A stretch of DNA of 42,786 nt, from the sequence record SRR20825019_2383. One strand, 5' to 3'. The notes under the pieces were generated by a model that worked only from the letters and a program-made list of their open reading frames with translations, searched no databases and was not told the DNA's origin. Below, piece after piece: positions 9,529-18,253 of the stretch; the stretch's first letter is position 1, and each line of letters opens with the position of its first letter. The position numbers and the translations under genes were made by a program.

Positions 9529-10500
9529 CTATGAACCGACTTTTGCTGCTTTATCCCCAGCAGAAACCCGGCCACAACAGCGCTCAGGCGATAAGGTTTC
9601 CTGAATTTGCTGTTCAAACACATTCAACCAGTTTCCGCGGGCACGCTGGTGAGTGATGAAACTGTAATTGATTTGCGGCACCGGCGGACTTAATGGCTTG
9701 AAACAGGTGCCCTTGAGGCAGGCAGTCGCCATCGATCTGGCGATAAAAGCAATACCAGCACCGGCCGCCACAAAACCAATGGCAGCATGCCCAGATTGGG
9801 CCTCTATAATTTTTCGCGGAACAAAACCGGCCGCTTCGCAATGACCGATGATTTCGTCGTAAAGCATCGGGTTCATTTTTCTTGGAAACAGAATCAGCGT
9901 CTCTTTGGCCAGGGCTGACAAGAGCACCACGTTCAGACTAGCCAGAAAATGATTATCCGGCACCATCAGCCCCAGTGGCTCAGGTCTGATATCCAGACAT
10001 TTGAGTTGAGGCTCATCAGGCCGTGACATGATAAAAGCGCCATCCAGTTGCTGCTGGCTGACATCATCGATCAACTTATCCGTCATCGCCTCAGAAAACT
10101 CAAACTCACAAGCCGGCAACTCCTGTCTCACATCTCTGATGAGGTGAGGAAAAAAGCTGGCCATCGCTGCACAGGTATAGCCTATTTTTATCGTTTGTCC
10201 CTGAGTGTCATCATCGATGAGCGATGACGTGGTTTGATAAAGCTGTTCCATAACCATCGGCAAGGTACTGTATAGGGCCTCGCCTGCCTTTGTCAGCAAA
10301 ACTCTGTTTTTGTCCCTGACAAATAGTTTGCAATCCAAAGCCGCTTCCAGTTGAGCGATATGTTTGGATAAAGCCGGTTGTGAGATAAACAAGGTCTCAG
10401 CTGCCCCCCTGAAACTCAACTTTTCTGCGACAGCCAGAAATGACCTGAGTTGCTTAAGGTCATATTTGAACTGATAACGCAGTGCAATCAGCTGATTCAT
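9529..10500 (-). CDS. LysR-family transcriptional regulator
   Basis: LKQLRSFLAVAEKLSFRGAAETLFISQPALSKHIAQLE helix-turn-helix followed by an effector domain. Confidence 0.92.
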   Translation of the reverse strand: MNQLIALRYQFKYDLKQLRSFLAVAEKLSFRGAAETLFISQPALSKHIAQLEAALDCKLFVRDKNRVLLTKAGEALYSTLPMVMEQLYQTTSSLIDDDTQGQTIKIGYTCAAMASFFPHLIRDVRQELPACEFEFSEAMTDKLIDDVSQQQLDGAFIMSRPDEPQLKCLDIRPEPLGLMVPDNHFLASLNVVLLSALAKETLILFPRKMNPMLYDEIIGHCEAAGFVPRKIIEAQSGHAAIGFVAAGAGIAFIARSMATACLKGTCFKPLSPPVPQINYSFITHQRARGNWLNVFEQQIQETLSPERCCGRVSAGDKAAKVGS

Positions 10501-10661
10501 AATTAATATTAGACCTTTCTAGTAAATAGCTTATAACCTCGACTACGTCACATTTTTTCTTCCGAGGAAAAAATGTTAACTGGCGGTTCTTGTTATCGCT
10601 TTGTCTTTCAGAACACTTTGCGTGCTGGGAGATAAGCGGCTGCTGAGAATGGGAGGTAGCC

Positions 10662-12236
10662 ATGAAGATTAATGAACCAGTTACTCAGGTGGAAGAAAGC
10701 TATTCGAGTAGTGCCAACATTCTTTCCACCACAAATAGTAAGGGAATTATTAGTTATGTCAATAACGACTTTATTGACATCAGCGGTTTCACCGAAGAGG
10801 AGCTAATCGGTAAGAGCCATAATATTGTCCGGCATCCGGATATGCCGCCCGAGGCCTTTTCCATGCTCTGGGACAGACTTAAATCAGGGCAGTCATGGAT
10901 GGGGCTGGTCAAAAACCGTTGCAAAAACGGTAATCACTATTGGGTCGATGCCTATGTCACTCCCACTATCAAAGACAACGGGGAGCTTGAGTATCAGTCG
11001 GTCAGGCGAAAACCATCCTCAGAGCGGGTGGGAAGAGCACAGCAACTATACCGGGGAATCAGGGCCGGTAAGAAGATGAAGCAGGTTCGCAATAGTTTGC
11101 CTTTCAGGCTGTCCATGTTGTTATGGGTCTGTATGCCTATCGTCCTTTCCCTCTTAATTAGTTTATTTTTCAATACCTTCCCTCCGGCATTGTTTGTTTT
11201 GATTGCCCTGGCTGTGTCGGTTGCTGGCCTATGGCGTAGCAGTAAGCCCCTACAGGGCTTATTTAAGCATGCCACTGAGATACTCGATGATCCGGTTGCG
11301 CGTTATGTCTACACCGGCCGAAGGGATGAAGTCGGTAATCTGATGCTTGCCATGCGTTTTCTGGAATCTGAAACGGCAGGACTAATCGGGCGTATTGCTG
11401 ACAGTGCAGGTGCGATGGGACATAAAACCCAATCACTGGGTGATGCCATCGTTGCCTCCAAAGGCTATGCAGAGCAGCAGTTTAACGAAACCGAGCAGGT
11501 CGCAACGGCGGTCAATGAGATGGTGGCTTCGATTCAGGAAGTATCAAAAAATGCACAAAATACCAGCCTGATGGCCAGTGAGGGTTTGCAGGCTGTGGAA
11601 CAAGGTCAGGCGGTTATTAACACCACCACCCAAGTGAACAAGCAGTTGCAGGAAAGCTTTGTTCAGGCCTCAGATACCATCAGGGCACTAGAGAAAAGTA
11701 GCCAGGACATCGCTATTGTTCTGGATGTGATTAATGATATTTCCGAACAGACCAATCTGTTGGCGCTCAATGCCGCGATTGAAGCAGCTCGTGCCGGTGA
11801 GGCCGGTCGTGGATTTGCCGTGGTCGCTGATGAGGTCCGTTCTCTTGCCAGCCGCACCCGAGTATCAACAGAGGAGATCCGTGGCATGGTCGATCAGCTG
11901 CAGAGTGACGCGACTTCAGCAGTCAAAGCGATGGAAAAGGGCATCAACCATGCAGAAATGAGTGCGGAGCAAAGCAAGGAAATCGTTGCGGCTTTTGAAC
12001 ATATTCTGCTCACCATTGAAAACATCAATGATATGACCCGGCAAATTGCGTCAGCAGTTGAGGAACAAAGCGCAGTCTCAGAAGAAATCAATAAAAGTAT
12101 TCACACCATCAGAGACTCGTCTGATCGCAATTACAAAGAAGCTGACAATACGGTCGGTATCAGCGATCACCTGAGTCAGGTTATCAGAAGCTTCAATGAA
12201 CTGACGACACAGTTCTGGGCCAAGCAAACGGACTAA
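10662..12236 (+). CDS. PAS-domain methyl-accepting chemotaxis protein, Aer-like
   Basis: Aer-type PAS (HNIVRHPDMP, KNRCKNGNHYWV), hydrophobic hairpin, MCP signature QTNLLALNAAIEAARAGEAGRGFAVVADEVR; RBS GGGAGG. Confidence 0.92.
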   Translation: MKINEPVTQVEESYSSSANILSTTNSKGIISYVNNDFIDISGFTEEELIGKSHNIVRHPDMPPEAFSMLWDRLKSGQSWMGLVKNRCKNGNHYWVDAYVTPTIKDNGELEYQSVRRKPSSERVGRAQQLYRGIRAGKKMKQVRNSLPFRLSMLLWVCMPIVLSLLISLFFNTFPPALFVLIALAVSVAGLWRSSKPLQGLFKHATEILDDPVARYVYTGRRDEVGNLMLAMRFLESETAGLIGRIADSAGAMGHKTQSLGDAIVASKGYAEQQFNETEQVATAVNEMVASIQEVSKNAQNTSLMASEGLQAVEQGQAVINTTTQVNKQLQESFVQASDTIRALEKSSQDIAIVLDVINDISEQTNLLALNAAIEAARAGEAGRGFAVVADEVRSLASRTRVSTEEIRGMVDQLQSDATSAVKAMEKGINHAEMSAEQSKEIVAAFEHILLTIENINDMTRQIASAVEEQSAVSEEINKSIHTIRDSSDRNYKEADNTVGISDHLSQVIRSFNELTTQFWAKQTD

Positions 12237-12258
12237 AACAGAATCAGCAGGAATTTTT

Positions 12259-14373
12259 ATGCTCAACCTGAAAAACCACCCTGTCATTCTGGAAGAAATA
12301 TTCAAACGCTCACAGGAAGGCATTATTGTTACCGATGAACAGGTGAATATCATTGCCTGCAATGACGCCTTTTGCCGAATTACTGGCTATAGCCGGGAAG
12401 AATTGTTGGGCAATAACCCGGGTATGCTCAGTTCAGGCAAGCATGACCGCGACTTTTACAGTGCGATGTGGGAGCAAATCCGTGACCATGGCTGGTGGCA
12501 AGGTGAAGTCTGGAACCGTAACAAACAAGGCGAATTTTATGCCGAGTTACTGACGGTCAACCGGCTACAGATCGCACCGGAACAACCGCCATTTTATATC
12601 GGCATGATGTCTGACATCACCAAAATGAAAGAACACCATGCCTCGCTGGAAAAGCTGGCCCATTATGATTCTCTGACCGCCCTGCCCAACCGTAACCTGC
12701 TTGAAGATCGCTTTGAACGCGCTATAGCGAAATGTGACCGGATGCAGGAAATGCTGGCAGTGTGTTTTCTGGATCTGGATGATTTCAAGCCGGTCAATGA
12801 TACCTATGGCCATTTTGTGGGTGACTTATTATTGATTGAACTGACTCAGCGGATAAAAAACACCATTCGTGAGCAGGACACAGCCTCCCGTTATGGCGGC
12901 GATGAGTTTGTATTGTTGCTGGGTGAATTGCACAGTCGCCAAGACTGTGAAATGGTACTGGGCAAACTGCTCAATGTGCTTAGTGAGCCCTATGAAATAG
13001 AAGGCAATATTATCAATATTGGTGCTTCTATAGGCTATACGCTATATCCTTTTGATCGGGGGTCACTGGAGTCATTGATCGATCATGCCGATCAGACTCT
13101 CTACAGAGTTAAAAACAACGGCAAAAATGCCATATCGATGTATGGCGACACCCCTTTTGCCAATCAAAATAGCCGATCTTGTTTTGGACAGGCAGAAATA
13201 CTCGCTGCCATCTCAAGCGATCAATTACGTTTGCATTTTCAGCCCAAAATCAATATTGCCAGTGGTGAATTGATTGGCTTTGAAGCTTTGGTCAGATGGC
13301 AGCACCCTGAAAAAGGGCTTCTGATGCCGATTGAGTTTCTACCGGCAATTAATGAGTCTGATGTCGAGATTAGCCTGGGTTTATGGGTCATCACGGAAGC
13401 ACTCAAAAATCTCAGCCAATGGCAGCGACATGGGCTCAGGATTCACGTCAGCGTTAATCTGTCTGCTTACCAGCTTGCGCGGGGTAATTTTTTTGAAACC
13501 TTGAACAAAATCTGTCGGGACTTCCCTGATACTGATTTAAGTCTTTTCCAGATCGAGATTCTTGAAAGTCACGCACTCGACGAGCTCTCCACGATCAAAA
13601 ACGTCATTCATGCCTGTAAAGATCAACTCAATATCGCCACAGCACTGGATGATTTCGGCACGGGTTATTCGTCCTTAAGTCATATCCGCACTTTGCCTAT
13701 TCGTTCAGTTAAGATCGATCAGTCATTTGTGCGCAATATGCTCAATGATCCCAATGATTATAAAATTGTGGAAAGTGTGATTTCGCTGGCTACTTCTTTC
13801 GACATCGACGTGATTGCTGAAGGTGTTGAATCGCTTAAACACGGTCAGATATTACTGTGTATGGGATGCAAACTCATTCAGGGTTACGCAATCTCAAGAC
13901 CGATGCCGGCTGAATCAGTGCTTACCTGGTCCTATGGATTTATTGCTCCGGCATTGTTACTGGAAGAATACCGTAAGCTCAGTTGCTTACGGGTCTCCCA
14001 ACTCAAGTTGTTTGCGCATTTTCTCGATGTTGAGCTCGATCATGCGAAACGCCGAATCCTGCCTTCGGATCCAGCCAGGCGGACGCTCCGCCCGGACCAC
14101 ATGTTCAAAGAAAACAGTCACTGCCGCTTCTGGCTAAAAAAAGCTTTCCATGTGCATTTTCTTGAGCACACCTTTCTTCATTACATCGAACAGGAATACG
14201 TCCATCTCTCAAATCTCATCAGCAACTGCCTGACGCTACTGAATTGTGGTGATGAAGGCAATGCGGTTGAAGACTTCCAGATAGCAGAAGCGCATTATCG
14301 CAAGCTGCTGGATGTGATCGATAAAAAACTGGATCGGCTTAATCAGGATGCACCAATGACCCTGGTTCATTGA
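12259..14373 (+). CDS. PAS-GGDEF-EAL diguanylate cyclase/phosphodiesterase
   Basis: PAS domain, YDSLTALPNR, RYGGDEF, FEALVRW, DDFGTGYSS, IAEGVE, plus about 140 extra C-terminal residues. Confidence 0.93.
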   Translation: MLNLKNHPVILEEIFKRSQEGIIVTDEQVNIIACNDAFCRITGYSREELLGNNPGMLSSGKHDRDFYSAMWEQIRDHGWWQGEVWNRNKQGEFYAELLTVNRLQIAPEQPPFYIGMMSDITKMKEHHASLEKLAHYDSLTALPNRNLLEDRFERAIAKCDRMQEMLAVCFLDLDDFKPVNDTYGHFVGDLLLIELTQRIKNTIREQDTASRYGGDEFVLLLGELHSRQDCEMVLGKLLNVLSEPYEIEGNIINIGASIGYTLYPFDRGSLESLIDHADQTLYRVKNNGKNAISMYGDTPFANQNSRSCFGQAEILAAISSDQLRLHFQPKINIASGELIGFEALVRWQHPEKGLLMPIEFLPAINESDVEISLGLWVITEALKNLSQWQRHGLRIHVSVNLSAYQLARGNFFETLNKICRDFPDTDLSLFQIEILESHALDELSTIKNVIHACKDQLNIATALDDFGTGYSSLSHIRTLPIRSVKIDQSFVRNMLNDPNDYKIVESVISLATSFDIDVIAEGVESLKHGQILLCMGCKLIQGYAISRPMPAESVLTWSYGFIAPALLLEEYRKLSCLRVSQLKLFAHFLDVELDHAKRRILPSDPARRTLRPDHMFKENSHCRFWLKKAFHVHFLEHTFLHYIEQEYVHLSNLISNCLTLLNCGDEGNAVEDFQIAEAHYRKLLDVIDKKLDRLNQDAPMTLVH

Positions 14374-14378
14374 TGTAC

Positions 14379-14408
14379 CGACAGTCAGCCCTGGTGGGCC
14401 GACTGTCG
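14379..14408. terminator. Hairpin between convergent genes
   Basis: CGACAGTC-a-GCCC-tggt-GGGC-c-GACTGTCG. Confidence 0.55.
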
Positions 14409-14419
14409 ATGACAGAGGT

Positions 14420-14971
14420 CTACCAGAGCGATTCGCCGGTTTCCGGGTTGTACATTTCGTGGTGGATGGTATCGCGGTTTTTGATCAGTTCATCAATACT
14501 CGGTGAACCAGTCATTGCACGCTGAATCGCCAATTTCATCGCTTCATAGTTAGTGCGATACAGATCTTTGCGATCAACGTCGGGGTTGGCCGCAGCTTCC
14601 GGTGAAATCCAGATCATGGCGATAATGCAAAGCTCCTCTGCCTGCTCTTTCGGAATCACACCTTCAATCACACTATCAAGTACCGCATCCGCAACCGCTG
14701 ATTGCACAACGCCACCAAACAAGGCGACATAGGCACCGGATTTGATGGTGACTTTCGGCACAATCATGGTGGCCGGTTTGACTTGCTGATTGGTCGCCCG
14801 GATGGCAAACATACGGGTATGCCCTTCTGTTTGTCCCATCAGGTTGGCAAAGGCGGTACCTGCCGGTCCTTTTACACTGCCGATCAAAATTTCCGGCATC
14901 GCATCGGTACCCTGATCTTCGCTGGCAAACACGGTGGCTTCACCGGTTCTAAACCAAACTGGTTCTGACAT
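14420..14971 (-). CDS. fae: Formaldehyde-activating enzyme homologue, divergent paralogue (probably Fae3-type)
   Basis: GEA...LIG, KPATMIVPKVTI, VADAVLDSVIEGVIP, NYEAMKLAIQRAM match the Fae family. Start ATG 14971 follows GGAG. Confidence 0.85.
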   Translation of the reverse strand: MSEPVWFRTGEATVFASEDQGTDAMPEILIGSVKGPAGTAFANLMGQTEGHTRMFAIRATNQQVKPATMIVPKVTIKSGAYVALFGGVVQSAVADAVLDSVIEGVIPKEQAEELCIIAMIWISPEAAANPDVDRKDLYRTNYEAMKLAIQRAMTGSPSIDELIKNRDTIHHEMYNPETGESLW

Positions 14972-15106
14972 TGTTTCACTCCATAAAATAAAAAAAGCGC
15001 GCAATTTTATGCCTGTTTTTACAACTCTCACAAGCATTTATTAATCATGGCCTGTCTGCAGTGAAAACAACATTCTCCAAAAGGGTTACAAACACAAAGC
15101 GGGTAT

Positions 15107-15132
15107 AAAAAAGCCGGCGACTGCCGGCTTTT
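15107..15132 (-). terminator. Rho-independent terminator of the lipoprotein gene
   Basis: AAAAAAGCCGGC-gact-GCCGGCTTTT. Confidence 0.8.
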
Positions 15133-15148
15133 AAGGAAAGGTTTTAAT

Positions 15149-15598
15149 TTACTGATTGACCCATTCACCGCGGGAATTCCGACAGGCCGTGCCGGTCACG
15201 ACTTCCTGACGTCCGTCCATGTAAACATCCATTTCATATTCCCGGCAGGGCTGACCGCCCGTGTTGTATGTTCGGGTCGGCGTGAAATCATAAGAATTGC
15301 CAGTGTCCGGGTTCTGCCAGGTATTAGTTCTGCCTGTCGGGTAGGTTTCAAGCGTATTGGCTGCACGTCGCCGATCCAGTTCATCCATATCGGCACCAAT
15401 TTTACCGCCGATAATAGCGCCCAACAGCGTCCCGCCAATAATCGCGGCCGTTTTGCCGCTGCCATCACCCACATTCGAACCTAATACACCACCAACAGCA
15501 CCTCCGACCCCGGTTCCGAGCGTCTGTTTATCCATGGTGCAGCCCGCCAGAATAAGGGTGAGACTGAAGATGGTTGATAACATTAGCCTGGATTTCAT
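15149..15598 (-). CDS. Glycine-zipper outer-membrane lipoprotein (17-kDa surface antigen / RT0821-like)
   Basis: Lipobox LAGC, glycine zipper, WQNPDTG, CREY, GTACR...W. Confidence 0.88.
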   Translation of the reverse strand: MKSRLMLSTIFSLTLILAGCTMDKQTLGTGVGGAVGGVLGSNVGDGSGKTAAIIGGTLLGAIIGGKIGADMDELDRRRAANTLETYPTGRTNTWQNPDTGNSYDFTPTRTYNTGGQPCREYEMDVYMDGRQEVVTGTACRNSRGEWVNQ

Positions 15599-15630
15599 AA
15601 CTTCTCCTTATTATGGACGCGAATAAAAGT

Positions 15631-15658
15631 TTAGACTTGTCACTACTATCGCAGGTTC
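15631..15658 (-). promoter_or_regulatory. Putative sigmaE/AlgU-type promoter of the lipoprotein gene
   Basis: Minus strand reads GAACCT-N16-GTCTAA. Confidence 0.6.
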
Positions 15659-15802
15659 ACGGTAATACGATGACTCTCTGCTTTGTGACGACTGGTTCAC
15701 AGCTTGATTTATCGTCAGCGCAACAAGGTTTTATTCGATTTCACATTATTTTCGCTTTTTAGAGCCTAGGCTTCGAAGACTTATTTCCATTAGAGCAGGA
15801 AC

Positions 15803-15943
15803 ATGAACCAACCTAAATCACAGCAGGAAGCACAAGTCGTTGCCAAACGGCTACCCTGCAGAGGGTGCAGCAAGAATTGCAAACTTTATTCTGTTTGTAA
15901 CGGCAAGCTATGGCGTCTGGCTTCGCCCAGTTCAACGCATTGA
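15803..15943 (+). CDS. 46-aa Cys-rich microprotein (absent from the ORF track)
   Basis: MNQPKSQQEAQVVAKRLPCRGCSKNCKLYSVCNGKLWRLASPSSTH; preceded by AGAGCAGGA and followed by a terminator hairpin. Confidence 0.65.
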   Translation: MNQPKSQQEAQVVAKRLPCRGCSKNCKLYSVCNGKLWRLASPSSTH

Positions 15944-15955
15944 TGAGCCACAAAC

Positions 15956-15988
15956 AAAAAAACCGGACTGGATAACCAGCCCGGTTTT
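15956..15988. terminator. Bidirectional terminator
   Basis: AAAAAAACCGG-a-CTGG-ataa-CCAG-c-CCGGTTTT between convergent ORFs. Confidence 0.75.
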
Positions 15989-16010
15989 GATGCTTGTCCC
16001 ACAAGCTTGA

Positions 16011-16760
16011 TTAGTAGGCGTGTTGTTTCATCAGTTTCTGAACACGACTACGAAGCTCGGGATCAGCGTCGATGGCTAATGAAATATTGGCATATTCCTC
16101 ACGATATAAACCGGCTTTCTCAATCGCATCGGCCATCGCGCGTTTAGCCTCGACCAGCAGCTCAGCGTCACGCTCATCGCTGGCTTTCAGCACTTTGTCA
16201 GAGTAAAGATCACGGATTTTGGTCAGTTCATCCTGAGCTGCAACATAGCTGAGCAGTTGCTCTTCAGTAAATTCTGCACGAACTTTACTGCTCAGCGGGG
16301 CTTCTTCGTCCATGGCAATGACATAGCGTGCTCCGTACATCATATCTACAGGAAGATCACGTTCTGTTTTCTCCTGAATATCAGCCCTGACACCCGGATC
16401 ACTCTGAGCGGCAATAGCGACTCTGGAGTAGCTGTCCAGCGTCATGCCACCCTCTTCAATGGTCCTGGTCATAGCCTGTGTGTACTCTTGTTCCAATTGT
16501 TTTCTGGCTTCAGCGTTTGGCGCGTTATTTATCCGGGCTGAGAAGCTCTGTTCAATCGTTGTCAACTCATCCTGAACGTCCGCAAAACGCTGAATATCCT
16601 CATCAACAAAATCGGCTTGTACGTCCAGTCTGACCATAGGTGTATGGTTGTAGAGACGTAACACTTTGGTGTGTTGTCCTGCCCCCGCCATGGCAGTCAT
16701 TGATGCGGTGGACAGGCCCGTTGCAATGAGTAATGTAAGCATTTTTTTTGCGGTATTCAT
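16011..16760 (-). CDS. Secreted protein with two DUF4168-like helical repeats
   Basis: Signal peptide; internal repeat IQRFADVQDEL...GMTLDSYSRVAIAAQSDP versus LLSYVAAQDEL...GLYREEYANISLAIDADP; RBS AGGAGG. Confidence 0.75.
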   Translation of the reverse strand: MNTAKKMLTLLIATGLSTASMTAMAGAGQHTKVLRLYNHTPMVRLDVQADFVDEDIQRFADVQDELTTIEQSFSARINNAPNAEARKQLEQEYTQAMTRTIEEGGMTLDSYSRVAIAAQSDPGVRADIQEKTERDLPVDMMYGARYVIAMDEEAPLSSKVRAEFTEEQLLSYVAAQDELTKIRDLYSDKVLKASDERDAELLVEAKRAMADAIEKAGLYREEYANISLAIDADPELRSRVQKLMKQHAY

Positions 16761-16795
16761 AAATCCTCCTTAATTTTCCAACTCACTCTTAAGGA

Positions 16796-16811
16796 AGCGA
16801 AAGCCATGCCA
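16796..16811 (-). promoter_or_regulatory. Putative sigma54 (-24/-12) promoter
   Basis: Minus strand TGGCATGGCTTTCGCT, with GG-N10-GC spacing, 35 nt upstream of the DUF4168-like start. Confidence 0.65.
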
Positions 16812-17054
16812 TGCGATCACAAAACCTAAGCCACTGTAATAAAACAGCTTTCCACCATTAACCAAGTGAATCCCTGGAAAAATGTGCCGGAATGGCACAA
16901 AAGCCGGTACAGATGATACAAACGTGTCACTTCGACACAGTCTGAAGAGTCAGGACAGTGAGGATCAGCATGCGAGAATTTATTACTTCAGACAATAGAC
17001 TCCGATCATCACGCTGACATAATTAAACAGTGCCTACCGCAATGAGGACATTGT

Positions 17055-18134
17055 TTAGCTGGTTGATATGGCCACTTTAAGCACGCCATCCCGCTGATGT
17101 GAAAATAAATCATAAGCGTCGACTATCTGCTCAAGATTGAAACGATGAGTGACCATCGGCGCGAGATTCAGTCGGCCGGCCTGAATCACGCTCATCAATC
17201 GACGCATCCGCTCCTTGCCACCCGGACAGAGGCTGGTGACAATTTTATGATCGCCAAGACCCGCACTGAACGCATTCAGCGGAATGGAGAGATCGGAAGA
17301 GTAAACACCCAGACTGGATAAAGTACCGCCCGGTTTGAGCACACGCAAAGCGGCTTCAAAGGTTTCCTGTTTACCCAGGGCCTCAATTGAAGCATCGATG
17401 CCGCGGCCACCGGTCAGTTTCAGAATCTCATCAACCACATCGACTTTACGGAAGTCCAGGGTAATATCAGCACCCATTTGCTTTGCCATCGTCAGCCGTT
17501 CATCGACCCCGTCCACCGCGATGATCAAACCAGCGCCGCGAAGGCGCGCACCGGCAGTAGCACTGAGCCCTATCGGGCCCTGTGCAAAAATCGCCACGAT
17601 ATCACCGATTTTGATATTGGCAGATTCTGCCCCGGCAAAACCGGTCGACATGATATCGGGACACATCAACACCTGTTCATCAGTCAGTCCATCCGGCACC
17701 GGTGCCAGGTTTGCCTGAGCGTCCGGAACCAGCAAAAATTCTGCCTGAGCACCATCAATAGTATTGCCGAAACGCCAGCCGCCCATTGGCTTATAGCCAT
17801 GGGAATGTGTGCCACCATCCTGCGCCGGATGTCCGTCCTGACAGGCATAAGACTGGAAGCCGGGGCAGATGGCGCCAGCAATAACGCGTTGGCCTTCCTG
17901 ATAACCCTGCACATTACTGCCGAGCTTTTCGATGATACCTACCGGTTCATGGCCGATAGTCAGGCCTTTCTCGACCGGGTATTCACCTTTAAGAATATGG
18001 ACGTCGGTGCCACAGATGGTGGTGGTCGTGACACGGATGAGGGCATCATTGTCACCAATATCCGGCACTGGCTTATCTTCAATCTCGATTCGGCCGGGCT
18101 CGACAAATACTGCTGCTTTCATCATTGCTGCCAT
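17055..18134 (-). CDS. Zn-dependent alcohol dehydrogenase (MDR family, secondary-ADH-like)
   Basis: TICGTDVH, GHE, CPDIMSTG, QGPIG. The four-Cys structural zinc site is incomplete. Confidence 0.9.
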   Translation of the reverse strand: MAAMMKAAVFVEPGRIEIEDKPVPDIGDNDALIRVTTTTICGTDVHILKGEYPVEKGLTIGHEPVGIIEKLGSNVQGYQEGQRVIAGAICPGFQSYACQDGHPAQDGGTHSHGYKPMGGWRFGNTIDGAQAEFLLVPDAQANLAPVPDGLTDEQVLMCPDIMSTGFAGAESANIKIGDIVAIFAQGPIGLSATAGARLRGAGLIIAVDGVDERLTMAKQMGADITLDFRKVDVVDEILKLTGGRGIDASIEALGKQETFEAALRVLKPGGTLSSLGVYSSDLSIPLNAFSAGLGDHKIVTSLCPGGKERMRRLMSVIQAGRLNLAPMVTHRFNLEQIVDAYDLFSHQRDGVLKVAISTS

Positions 18135-18211
18135 GACACGCTCCTTTATTCACTGATACGGTTAAAACTAGCAAGGGGATAGCGCTACTTCAAGACAGAT
18201 CTGACAACAGG

Positions 18212-18225
18212 CTGATCCAGATCAA
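18212..18225 (-). promoter_or_regulatory. Putative FNR/ANR box upstream of the ADH gene
   Basis: Minus strand TTGAT-CTGG-ATCAG, 9/10 match to TTGAT-N4-ATCAA. Confidence 0.65.
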
Positions 18226-18253
18226 GCAGGTTCACTTAATCTGTGAAAAAGGC

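Noticed and set aside
15813-16004. 63-aa minus-strand ORF
   Set aside because: It runs through the terminator of the DUF4168-like gene; the + strand Cys-rich ORF explains the region better.
16970-17017. 15-aa ORF MREFITSDNRLRSSR after GAGGA
   Set aside because: Too short and featureless, with no terminator or other support.
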